The notes: generated by a model from the letters alone, not told the origin. 43,119 bases of DNA from Actinomycetota bacterium (GCA_013821525.1 JACDGR010000001.1:1-43119); one strand, 5' to 3'; positions 23,065-29,898 are shown, numbered from the stretch's first letter. A program made the numbers and translations.

Positions 23065-23864
23065 GCCCACGCCGGACACGAGGACTTGTACGGGCAGCGC
23101 GGGCACGCCCACTGGTGGACGTACCCGTTTTGCGGCCACGGATCGTCGACGCCGAACATCAGGATCATGCTTTCCATGCTCGCGACGATCTGTCCCACCA
23201 TGCGCACCGTGCGGTCAGCCTTCGCTGTCGACCAGGACTCCTCGTACTGCTCACCATCGGACGGCGTGTAGACCGCAGGCACTTTGGTTCGCGTTGTGAC
23301 GTGGAGTCCCCACGGCTTCGACTTCGCGGCCGAGTAGATCCGCGTCTGCAGCCGCCAATCGGGATGGACCGACTTGTTCGCGGCGCCCTTGCGGTCGATG
23401 CCGAACGCCTCGAACTCGACGTCGGTGTAGCCCAGGATCGGAACCGGGAGCGAGTCCCGCTCGATCAGGATCTTCTCCTCGACAGCGATCGGATCGGGCA
23501 TCGACTGTGCCACGGGGTAGTAGGCGCGGATCGTTGGGATGCCGGTGTCGATCAGGCTCGAGGTCGTTTCACCCTCGAGGTCGTACTCGTCCGCTTCCGC
23601 CTTGGCGAGCAGGTGATCGCGGAACGAGTCCTCACAGTCGGAGAGGCTGATGCCGGGACCGCCACCGAGCCGAGCGACGTAGAAGTCCTCAAACGCCTTG
23701 GAGTCCGCCGTGCCGAGCAGGGCTTTGTGCCCTGCTCGGTCGGGCTTCTTGCAGACGTAACGCTGTCGGAAGTTCTCCGGACACCTCAGGAACCTGTTGA
23801 GACTCGACGGCGAGACGTGTTTGATGCCTGCCTCGATGAGCGCGTTGGTGGCGACGGCGCTCAC
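23061..23864 (-). CDS. Cas4/RecB-family PD-(D/E)XK exonuclease with Fe-S cysteine set
   Basis: 267 aa. An N-terminal Cys (LRCPENF) plus C-terminal C-x2-C-x5-C (WACPRCPYKSSCPAW) gives the Cas4/AddB-type four-Cys arrangement. The central ILGYTDVEFE...DRKG resembles nuclease motifs II/III. Adjacent to RecT. Confidence 0.7.
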   Translation of the reverse strand: MSAVATNALIEAGIKHVSPSSLNRFLRCPENFRQRYVCKKPDRAGHKALLGTADSKAFEDFYVARLGGGPGISLSDCEDSFRDHLLAKAEADEYDLEGETTSSLIDTGIPTIRAYYPVAQSMPDPIAVEEKILIERDSLPVPILGYTDVEFEAFGIDRKGAANKSVHPDWRLQTRIYSAAKSKPWGLHVTTRTKVPAVYTPSDGEQYEESWSTAKADRTVRMVGQIVASMESMILMFGVDDPWPQNGYVHQWACPRCPYKSSCPAWA

Positions 23865-24895
23865 GATCCGCTCCCGTACTGCCCGGCTGCTGCGAGTCGC
23901 TCCTGCGTGTTCGTCAGGTCGGCGTTGTCGTTGTCGAGGAACTCCTGAAACGACTCCGCGCCATCGCCCATCGGCACTTCGCCTTCCGCCTCACCCTCAG
24001 CGGGCAGCGGCGTAACGGCCTCGACGAGTGCTGCGAGCAGCTTGTCGCGCGACGTCGCCGCATCGCCGAACCGGTCGAGGATGCCGCGCACGGTGCGCTT
24101 GATCCCGAGGCGATCACACGCGTCGTAAACGGCGTCGCGCTGCCGCTCGTTCAGGCCCTTGATGGTTGCGCTCGCCTGCTGGAACGGAGTAAGGTCGGCT
24201 CCGACCGCAGCCGCATCGCCTTCCAGGCTGCCTGCCTGGTTGGGCTCGACCGACGCATGCTCGTCGGGGGCCACGGCCGGAACCGGATCGACATCGATGA
24301 CCTGTTCGTGCTGGGGGGCGGTCGTCGATGCCGGGGTCTGCTCGCGCTTCCGACGCGGGGCAGGGGTGGGGGTGGGCTCGTCGTCTTCGATCTCACCCTC
24401 GACGAAGACCCGACCGTTGGAGCGCGTCACGCTCGGCGCGTACCACGCGACAGCGTTCGACATTGCCCGCGCGTAGAGCATGTTGCGCTGGAACTTCTTC
24501 CAGACGTCCTTACCGGCGAGCCCCGCCTTCGTGGCATCGTCCATCGAGAAGGTCGACTCGCCACGCTCGATGCCATGCTTGAAGACGGTGACGGTGCAGG
24601 ACGTCGGCTCGGTCGAGTTCGGCGCCCACGTCACGGTGTAGTCGAAGTCCGGATGGTCGTCGAGCAGGCCCGCGAGGATGCCAGCGCCGACGACGGGCTT
24701 GCCCTGGATGATCGCGATGCCGCTCATCGAGACGAACGGCTGCAGCCCCATCTCGGCGCCAGCGCTGATCTTCACGAACGCCTGGAGAGCTTCCTTGGCG
24801 TCGGCGAAGTAACCGCTGTTCGCGAAGTTGGTGGCGATCCGCTGGATGCGGTCGATCTCGCCGTCTTCGGGTACGTAGCGTTCAATGGCGCTCAC
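23861..24895 (-). CDS. recT: RecT-like single-strand annealing protein with long acidic C-terminal tail
   Basis: GTG 24895 overlaps the upstream TGA (GTGA). ...ALQAFVKISAGAEMGLQPFVSMSGIAIIQGKPVVGAGILAGLL... is RecT-family-like. 344 aa. Confidence 0.65.
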   Translation of the reverse strand: MSAIERYVPEDGEIDRIQRIATNFANSGYFADAKEALQAFVKISAGAEMGLQPFVSMSGIAIIQGKPVVGAGILAGLLDDHPDFDYTVTWAPNSTEPTSCTVTVFKHGIERGESTFSMDDATKAGLAGKDVWKKFQRNMLYARAMSNAVAWYAPSVTRSNGRVFVEGEIEDDEPTPTPAPRRKREQTPASTTAPQHEQVIDVDPVPAVAPDEHASVEPNQAGSLEGDAAAVGADLTPFQQASATIKGLNERQRDAVYDACDRLGIKRTVRGILDRFGDAATSRDKLLAALVEAVTPLPAEGEAEGEVPMGDGAESFQEFLDNDNADLTNTQERLAAAGQYGSGS

Positions 24896-25170
24896 GATGC
24901 GATCTCCTGGGGGAAGTCGATGATGTTTCCGTCCTGATCGATCCAGAGCCCGCACTCGCGCAGGTCTTCCTGCGCGTCGGCAAGCTGGCCTGACGCGAAG
25001 ATCACGCGGCAGTCGAGGCCTTCTTCGCCGGTTGCGCGGCGCAAGGTGAGCCAGCGCCAGACGCGGTACGCCTCTTGTGCGGCGAGCACGTAGTGCGTCT
25101 CGGTTAGCACGCTGGGGATCGTCGGCGGTTCGAGGTTGCGCTCGGGAACGGCGTACGGCCTGGCGTTCAT
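24892..25170 (-). CDS. Hypothetical protein (92 aa)
   Basis: Internal ATG 25170 (MNARPYAVPERNLEPP...) overlaps the upstream TGA (ATGA). Confidence 0.55.
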   Translation of the reverse strand: MNARPYAVPERNLEPPTIPSVLTETHYVLAAQEAYRVWRWLTLRRATGEEGLDCRVIFASGQLADAQEDLRECGLWIDQDGNIIDFPQEIAS

Positions 25171-25373
25171 AGTCCGACTGCTCGCAAGAGTCGGTCTGCG
25201 TAGACGCAGAACGTGTCGAGTCCATGGTCGGCGAGAGCGCCGAGGACGATGCACGAGAACGCGAGCAGTGCGAGTTCGAGGCGGTCGCGCTTCCACGCGC
25301 GGTCGCGGTAGTGGCGGATGCGTCGCAGGTTCGCGGTCGCCTGCCCGTACGCGGCGTGCTGTTCGGGGGTCAC
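25167..25373 (-). CDS. Small protein with one predicted TM helix (68 aa)
   Basis: GTG 25373 overlaps the upstream TGA (GTGA). VTPEQHAAYGQATANLRRIRHYRDRAWKRDRLELALLAFSCIVLGALADHG... The N-terminal part of track ORF 25167..25589 was rejected. Confidence 0.55.
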   Translation of the reverse strand: MTPEQHAAYGQATANLRRIRHYRDRAWKRDRLELALLAFSCIVLGALADHGLDTFCVYADRLLRAVGL

Positions 25374-25513
25374 TTCGCACCCCGGTATCGAGTGCAGTCG
25401 CAGAGGCCGCAGTCGGAGCCGTGGCGGTTGTGGTCGTGCAGGTCGCGGTCGTGCCCGCAGACGCAGTGCATCGTCGCCTTCGGGAACAGGCGGCGCAGGA
25501 GCGGCGTGATCAC
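25370..25513 (-). CDS. Unlisted Cys/His-rich mini-protein (47 aa, zinc-finger-like)
   Basis: VITPLLRRLFPKATMHCVCGHDRDLHDHNRHGSDCGLCDCTRYRGAK. Codon third positions are almost all G/C. GTGA-coupled at both ends. Below the track cutoff. Confidence 0.6.
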   Translation of the reverse strand: MITPLLRRLFPKATMHCVCGHDRDLHDHNRHGSDCGLCDCTRYRGAK

Positions 25514-25611
25514 GACTGCGTTCCCCGTAGGGAATCGCGAAGCTCGAGCAGCTTTGTGAGTTGGCCTTTCGCGTGGAGCGCCGTTCCAACGGTCTCTCGT
25601 AGTACGGGCAT
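25510..25611 (-). CDS. Unlisted mini-ORF (33 aa)
   Basis: ATG 25611 with AGGAG 9 nt upstream: MPVLRETVGTALHAKGQLTKLLELRDSLRGTQS. The stop overlaps the next GTG (GTGA). Confidence 0.4.
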   Translation of the reverse strand: MPVLRETVGTALHAKGQLTKLLELRDSLRGTQS

Positions 25612-25631
25612 GCGATGATGCTCCTGGTTCT

Positions 25632-25668
25632 GAACGCCGGGTCGCCTGTGGAAAGAGGCCCGGCGTTC
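25632..25668 (-). terminator. 10-bp-stem hairpin (GAACGCCGGG ... CCCGGCGTTC, 17-nt loop) between the cro-like gene and the early operon
   Basis: Read directly from the sequence. It starts 8 nt after the cro-like stop. There is no clear U tract. Confidence 0.35.
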
Positions 25669-25675
25669 TGCGTTC

Positions 25676-25849
25676 TCAGCCGCTGTCTGCGGCCGAGCGT
25701 GCGGGGACGTTGAGCGTCCCGCGTTGGATCAGCCGGTAGATCGCCTGCGTAGAGACGTCCTGGCTGATCGCGACCTCACGGATCGACTTGCCGTCGTCCA
25801 GCATCTGCTGGGCGGCTGCGAGGTCTGCCTTGCTTCCCGTGAATCCCAT
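25676..25849 (-). CDS. Cro-like small HTH regulator (57 aa), probably leaderless
   Basis: Below the track cutoff. MGFTGSKADLAAAQQMLDDGKSIREVAISQDVSTQAIYRLIQRGTLNVPARSAADSG, with a Hin/resolvase-type HTH. Divergent from the CI-like gene. The ATG lies 7 nt after a candidate -10, with no Shine-Dalgarno box. Confidence 0.6.
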   Translation of the reverse strand: MGFTGSKADLAAAQQMLDDGKSIREVAISQDVSTQAIYRLIQRGTLNVPARSAADSG

Positions 25850-25855
25850 ACGCGG

Positions 25856-25884
25856 ATCATGCTACAGAATCCTTGCGTTGTCAA
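25856..25884 (-). promoter_or_regulatory. Candidate early leftward promoter: -35 TTGACA, 17-nt spacer, -10 CATGAT
   Basis: The minus strand reads gggTTGACAacgcaaggattctgtagCATGATccgcgtATG. The -35 box overlaps operator-like site 25877..25885. Confidence 0.45.
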
Positions 25885-25915
25885 CCCCGCTACTCTGAGG
25901 CTCGTGGTTGGCAAC
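25877..25915. promoter_or_regulatory. Two GTTGNCAAC palindromes (25877..25885 and 25907..25915), candidate operators
   Basis: GTTGTCAAC and GTTGGCAAC have centres exactly 30 bp apart, inside the 137-bp divergent intergenic region. Confidence 0.45.
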
Positions 25916-25986
25916 ACCAGCGGGGTGTGCTGGTCCCGGCGGAAGCGCGACGAATCGCGCCCGCTAGGGCATGCTCGGGTGAACCC

Positions 25987-26376
25987 ATGAGCGAAACCCC
26001 CAAGTACCTCGAACTACTGCAGCGTCACCGTGCGAAGGACGCGCGCACGTGGCCAGAAATCGCCGTCGCGGCTGGCGTCAAGGCGCGAACCTCGGAGCCC
26101 TGGATCAAGGGCAACGTCGCCGAGCCGCCACTCGTCGGCATCGTTCGCCTCGCTGTCGAGCTCGGCGTCACCCCGCGCGACCTATTCGACGCGGTGATGG
26201 GGGACGAAGCAGCAGGCCGGATCGGTCTACTCGACGAGATCCTCGAGCGCGTCGAGAAGCTCGAGGCTACGCTGAACGGTGCTGCTCTACGGCAGTTGCT
26301 TTCGGATGCGGAGCGAGCGACAGCGGCGATCGGTGACCGTCGAGATCGCGAAGCTGGCTCTGAGCCCGCTGGATGA
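25987..26376 (+). CDS. CI-like repressor (XRE-type HTH)
   Basis: ATG 25987 (MSETPKYLELLQRHRAKDARTWPEIAVAAGVKARTSEPWIKGNVAEPPLVGIVRLAVELGVTPRDLF...), 129 aa. + strand, divergent from the cro-like gene. Confidence 0.65.
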   Translation: MSETPKYLELLQRHRAKDARTWPEIAVAAGVKARTSEPWIKGNVAEPPLVGIVRLAVELGVTPRDLFDAVMGDEAAGRIGLLDEILERVEKLEATLNGAALRQLLSDAERATAAIGDRRDREAGSEPAG

Positions 26377-26599
26377 CGCTCAGTAGAAGCGCGCGTAGTT
26401 CGTCGTCGGACATCTTCCCACTGGCTCCCGTCTTGGCTTGTATCTCTAACAACCCAGCCAGAGGGCATTTCTGACGGGTATTGGAAGCTGAAAAGCTCGC
26501 ACTTTCCGTGTTTCCGACTAGCGTCCGGTGGTATCACGTCGCATGGCTACCTTCGAGCATGCGCCCGTCCCGATCCGGCCGGGCATCACGTTCCACGTC

Positions 26600-27328
26600 C
26601 TACCGAGACGCCAGATCCTTCACGACGCACGCGTCCGCGTTGTGGCCGAACAACCAGTCCATCGTCTTGTACGGCAACCAAACGAGACGGTCTCCTCGCA
26701 CCCACCCGTTGCCCCACGTGTTCGAGAGGCCGAACGCCTGCCGTTCGTCGCTGCAACCCCAGATCCCGATCTCGTGACCGCCGGCTGACGAGCCCGCCCG
26801 GTCGACGTCCTGGAGCCAGTATTCGCCGGGGTGCTTCTCGACGGGCTGGAACCACGCCGATAGCCAGTCGATGCCGATCAGCACCGGCTGCGGCTTCGGC
26901 GCGGCGAATACGCTGCGGATCTCATCGACGGTCTGCGCCCACGTGTTCGACTCGATGCCGTGTTTCTTGTCCGGCCCCGTCTTCGTGTTCTTGCCCTTGA
27001 TGCGCCGCCAGTGGCCCTTGGAGCGGAGCACGTCGCAGGCGGCTCGTGCGTTCGTGCCGTCAACGCCGGGCATCCCGTCGACCTCTTTCGCCCGCGCGTA
27101 GAGCCATTCGGCGTCGAACGCGAACTGGTTGAAGTGGTTCATCACCTTCGACGTCGCGTACGCCACGCAGTGCGGGGTGTTGCCCTGGTCGTACTGGTCG
27201 AGCGTTGGTCGCTTGATCTGTACCTCTACGTGATCCGGTGGTGGGCCGGCGGAGAACGCGTGCAGCTGAAGGTGCCACGAATCATCAGGCGCGACTCGCC
27301 CGAGCAGGTGCGCTCCGTACTCGCTCAT
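26600..27328 (-). CDS. Papain-like cysteine peptidase (family C1 signature)
   Basis: Internal ATG 27328 (MSEYGAHLLG...) overlaps the upstream TGA (ATGA). QGNTPHCVAYATS has Gln six residues before the Cys, as in papain Q19/C25. AGGHEIGIWG provides the His, and LSNTWGNGWVRGD matches the N-S-W-G type Asn/Trp box. 242 aa. Confidence 0.75.
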   Translation of the reverse strand: MSEYGAHLLGRVAPDDSWHLQLHAFSAGPPPDHVEVQIKRPTLDQYDQGNTPHCVAYATSKVMNHFNQFAFDAEWLYARAKEVDGMPGVDGTNARAACDVLRSKGHWRRIKGKNTKTGPDKKHGIESNTWAQTVDEIRSVFAAPKPQPVLIGIDWLSAWFQPVEKHPGEYWLQDVDRAGSSAGGHEIGIWGCSDERQAFGLSNTWGNGWVRGDRLVWLPYKTMDWLFGHNADACVVKDLASR

Positions 27329-27702
27329 GCTGCGTCCGGCGGGTCGATCGGTGTGTCGATCATGTCTGCGACCTCGCGGAAGAACGACGCCGGCACGGTG
27401 CACGTGTTCGACCGCTGTCCGGGCGTGTCGACGCTGATCGTGAACGTCTCCGGGTCGGTGCCGACGCTACGTACGTGGGCGGTGTTCTTCCGCTTGTCGA
27501 TGAACCAATGCACGTTGCTGGGCATGCGGGTGCTCCTCGTGTCTGGGGATAGCGTGCGGGGTGTCGGATAGTCGTCGTTGAGATAGTCGCGCGCGACTGG
27601 CCCGGGTCGGACGATCGGGAATCCGGATGGGCTCAGGTCGGTCATGCGTTTGCCGTCGAAGCGGCCTTCGTTGAAGTCGCTCGGGTCGTACGGTTCACGC
27701 AT
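27325..27702 (-). CDS. Hypothetical protein (125 aa)
   Basis: ORF-track entry. 8-nt overlap with the upstream gene and ATGA coupling downstream. Confidence 0.6.
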   Translation of the reverse strand: MREPYDPSDFNEGRFDGKRMTDLSPSGFPIVRPGPVARDYLNDDYPTPRTLSPDTRSTRMPSNVHWFIDKRKNTAHVRSVGTDPETFTISVDTPGQRSNTCTVPASFFREVADMIDTPIDPPDAA

Positions 27703-27937
27703 CGCTCCCCCGGATCTCGTCGAGCACTTCGCGGACGTCGGCGTCTTCGTGCTGGTGGACTTCCACCCGTGCTGCTTGCCACGCGCTCCAGTGGGCGGAG
27801 ACGAGCGCCCAGAGGGAGAGCGCGGAGACGTAGATGACGCTTTTGACCCATCCGGTGGCGAGCGAGACGGGGATCATGAAGACCCAGAACAGGGTTAGCC
27901 AGCCGTTGAGGCGGCGCATCAGGATGGGCGAACCCAC
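27695..27937 (-). CDS. Two-TM membrane protein (80 aa), holin/antiholin-like
   Basis: Hydrophobic segments WLTLFWVFMIPVSLATGW and VIYVSALSLWALVSAHW, with an acidic C-terminal tail. Located 20 nt downstream of the endolysin gene. Confidence 0.6.
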   Translation of the reverse strand: MGSPILMRRLNGWLTLFWVFMIPVSLATGWVKSVIYVSALSLWALVSAHWSAWQAARVEVHQHEDADVREVLDEIRGSDA

Positions 27938-27957
27938 CGCGCCGCGCAGACGGTCGA

Positions 27958-28707
27958 TCAGGAGACGTCCCGCCGGCAGCCGTAGATCGGCCGGTAGTGG
28001 AGTTCGCGGTTCTGCGGGCCGGGCTCGCCACCGAACGAGAGCACCGATACGCGCGGATGCCCGATGTAGATGCCGACGTGCGAGTTCGAGCCGTAGTGGA
28101 CGCGATCTCCGGTGACGGCCAACAGTGACGAGACCGCCCTACCCTTGTCGATCATGGTGTACGTCGTCGGCCATGGGCTCAGGTCGGGGTCGGGTAGTCC
28201 CACTTCTCGGGTGGCCAGGTGGATGAGTGCGGCGACGGTCGAAGAGCAGTCTCCGTAGACGTTCCGCTGGGTGGAGGGATCGCCGCCACGGTTGAGCAGA
28301 TCCATGCGACGGGGCCCCTGGGTGTAGACCCAGTCGTTTCGGTTGCCGGCGATCGCGAGCGCCCACTGCACGAGCAGCGCGTGGTAGGCATGAACCTTCC
28401 TCTCATGCTCGAGTTCGACGAGGCGCTTGCGGCCGGCGGGGGTGTACCACTGGGCGAGCGCGTTGTGGACGTGCGGCCCGAAGGTGTTCGTGACGGGGAT
28501 CGAGTGGAGCTGCTGGAAGTGCCCGACCTGGAGCGATGTCGGGTGCAGCCAGTCGCCGGTAGGCCCGTAGAGTCGTAGTTTGTGGTCGTCTGGGTGGAGG
28601 CGGTGGCGTTTGATCGACCATGCCTGTAGGGCGCCTTGGATGGCGACGACGGCGGGGCCGTGGGCGCCTTCCTTGAGGGGGCCGGGGTACGGGGCGGCGT
28701 CAGCCAT
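27958..28707 (-). CDS. Endolysin candidate: N-terminal peptidoglycan-binding repeat plus C-terminal NlpC/P60-like cysteine peptidase
   Basis: 249 aa. GPLKEGAHGPAVVAIQGALQAW matches the PG_binding_1 style. YGDCSSTVAALIH...SNSHVGIYIGH gives the Cys...His order of NlpC/P60. Confidence 0.7.
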   Translation of the reverse strand: MADAAPYPGPLKEGAHGPAVVAIQGALQAWSIKRHRLHPDDHKLRLYGPTGDWLHPTSLQVGHFQQLHSIPVTNTFGPHVHNALAQWYTPAGRKRLVELEHERKVHAYHALLVQWALAIAGNRNDWVYTQGPRRMDLLNRGGDPSTQRNVYGDCSSTVAALIHLATREVGLPDPDLSPWPTTYTMIDKGRAVSSLLAVTGDRVHYGSNSHVGIYIGHPRVSVLSFGGEPGPQNRELHYRPIYGCRRDVS

Positions 28708-28990
28708 CGGCAGGGGGGGTGCGTGAGACGTTCGCGTCGTTTCCGTCGACGGCGGGGTAGGTGGTCTTGTCGGCGAGGGTGGGGACGGGCAGCGGGTCGA
28801 TGAACTGTCGCCAGATGAAGGAGCCGAGCGCGATGCCGCCAGAGACGGCTGCGGAGCGGGCGAGGCTCCAGTCGACGGGGTTGGTGCCGTTCGCGACGCC
28901 GATCAGGCCAGCGACTGGGTAGACGATGATGAAGGCGGTGATGAAGGATCGAGCGGCTCGGATGAGCGCGCTTTTGAGCGTTGCGGACAT
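28700..28990 (-). CDS. Holin candidate (two TM, r1t-holin-like N-terminus)
   Basis: 96 aa. LKSALIRAARSFITAFIIVYPVAGLIGV and AAVSGGIALGSFIWRQFI are hydrophobic helices. Immediately upstream of the endolysin, with an 8-nt overlap. Confidence 0.55.
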   Translation of the reverse strand: MSATLKSALIRAARSFITAFIIVYPVAGLIGVANGTNPVDWSLARSAAVSGGIALGSFIWRQFIDPLPVPTLADKTTYPAVDGNDANVSRTPPADG

Positions 28991-29044
28991 GGGTGTTTCT
29001 CCCTCGGCTGGGTCGTGTCGTGGTGCCGATGCCGTCGGCGGCGG

Positions 29045-29698
29045 TTAGCTGAACGTGTGGTTCGCGAGCAGGACGATGATCGAGATCACGATCGTCGCGA
29101 CCGTGAAGAGGATCCCGAACGTCGCGCGGGTACCGGCGGCGTTTCCGGTAGCGATGTCGATGCGTCCCGTCAGGACGTTGACTTGTTTCTGTAACGCGCC
29201 AAACGACGTTTCGTAGACCTCACGTGGCACGAACGTCGCGGCCTGGTCGGCCAGCTGCTCGCGGAACGCATTCACTGCATCGAAGCGCTTCTCATTGCTC
29301 TTTTCGAGTTTCTCCGCCGACTCGCGAGCCGCCACGAGTTGCGCCTGGATCAGATCCCGTACGCTGGTGTCCTGCGCGGCAGAGAGTTCCTTCGCGGACG
29401 ACATCGCCGCGTGGATCTGCTTGACCTGCTCCGCGATGTGCTGAAATAGTTGGTCGTGAACGTTCTTGATCGTCGCCTCGAGCGAGCGCCGCAACACCTC
29501 GGCAGCCTTCGACCGCTCAGCGTCCGCAACAGTCGCGGCGCGCTCCTTCTCATGGAAGACCGTGTCGACATGCTGGCGCTGCGCGAGCAACAACGAATGG
29601 AGCTGCTCAAGCTCGACCTCGAAGACGCGGCGCCGCTCGAGGAAGAGCGCGTCCACGTACCCGCGAAGCGAGACCTGGTCATCGTCAGCGACCGGCAC
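29045..29698 (-). CDS. Coiled-coil protein with a single C-terminal TM anchor (217 aa)
   Basis: GTG 29698 preceded by GGGAGG. About 185 aa of heptad-like Glu/Gln/Ala/Arg-rich helix, then GILFTVATIVISIIVLLANHTFS at the extreme C-terminus. Confidence 0.65.
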   Translation of the reverse strand: MPVADDDQVSLRGYVDALFLERRRVFEVELEQLHSLLLAQRQHVDTVFHEKERAATVADAERSKAAEVLRRSLEATIKNVHDQLFQHIAEQVKQIHAAMSSAKELSAAQDTSVRDLIQAQLVAARESAEKLEKSNEKRFDAVNAFREQLADQAATFVPREVYETSFGALQKQVNVLTGRIDIATGNAAGTRATFGILFTVATIVISIIVLLANHTFS

Positions 29699-29737
29699 AT
29701 GCCCTCCCTGCCCCCACCGGGCGTTTCGTGGTGGACG

Positions 29738-29812
29738 TCACCCGCGCAAGAGCAGCACGACGACGACGATGATGATCAGGATCAGCAGGACCGCGCCGCC
29801 GCCGATGTACAT
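29738..29812 (-). CDS. Unlisted micro-ORF, 24-aa hydrophobic peptide
   Basis: MYIGGGAVLLILIIIVVVVLLLRG. The ATG overlaps the upstream TGA (TGATG). It is the C-terminal part of track ORF 29738..29998, whose remainder is Arg/Ser-rich and looks off-frame. Confidence 0.45.
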   Translation of the reverse strand: MYIGGGAVLLILIIIVVVVLLLRG

Positions 29813-29898
29813 CAGCGACCCCAGCGCCCGAGAGCCCACAGGATCAGGATCGCGACGAGTAGCGCGGTGTTGAGCCAGAGATGAGCCTGGATATTCAT
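29812..29898 (-). CDS. Unlisted micro-ORF, 28-aa single-TM peptide
   Basis: MNIQAHLWLNTALLVAILILWALGRWGR. The ATG 29898 overlaps the hydrolase TGA (ATGA) and is preceded by TAGGAGG at 6 nt. Confidence 0.5.
   Translation of the reverse strand: MNIQAHLWLNTALLVAILILWALGRWGR

Noticed and set aside
26267-26452. Minus-strand 61-aa ORF (or a 48-aa version from ATG 26413, MSDDELRALLLSVIQRAQ...) overlapping the 3' end of the repressor gene.
   Set aside because: It overlaps the CI-like gene antisense by about 110 nt. It has no convincing ribosome-binding site and only mediocre third-position GC, and the region as a whole has weak coding signal. It is kept only as part of the convergent-gap observation.
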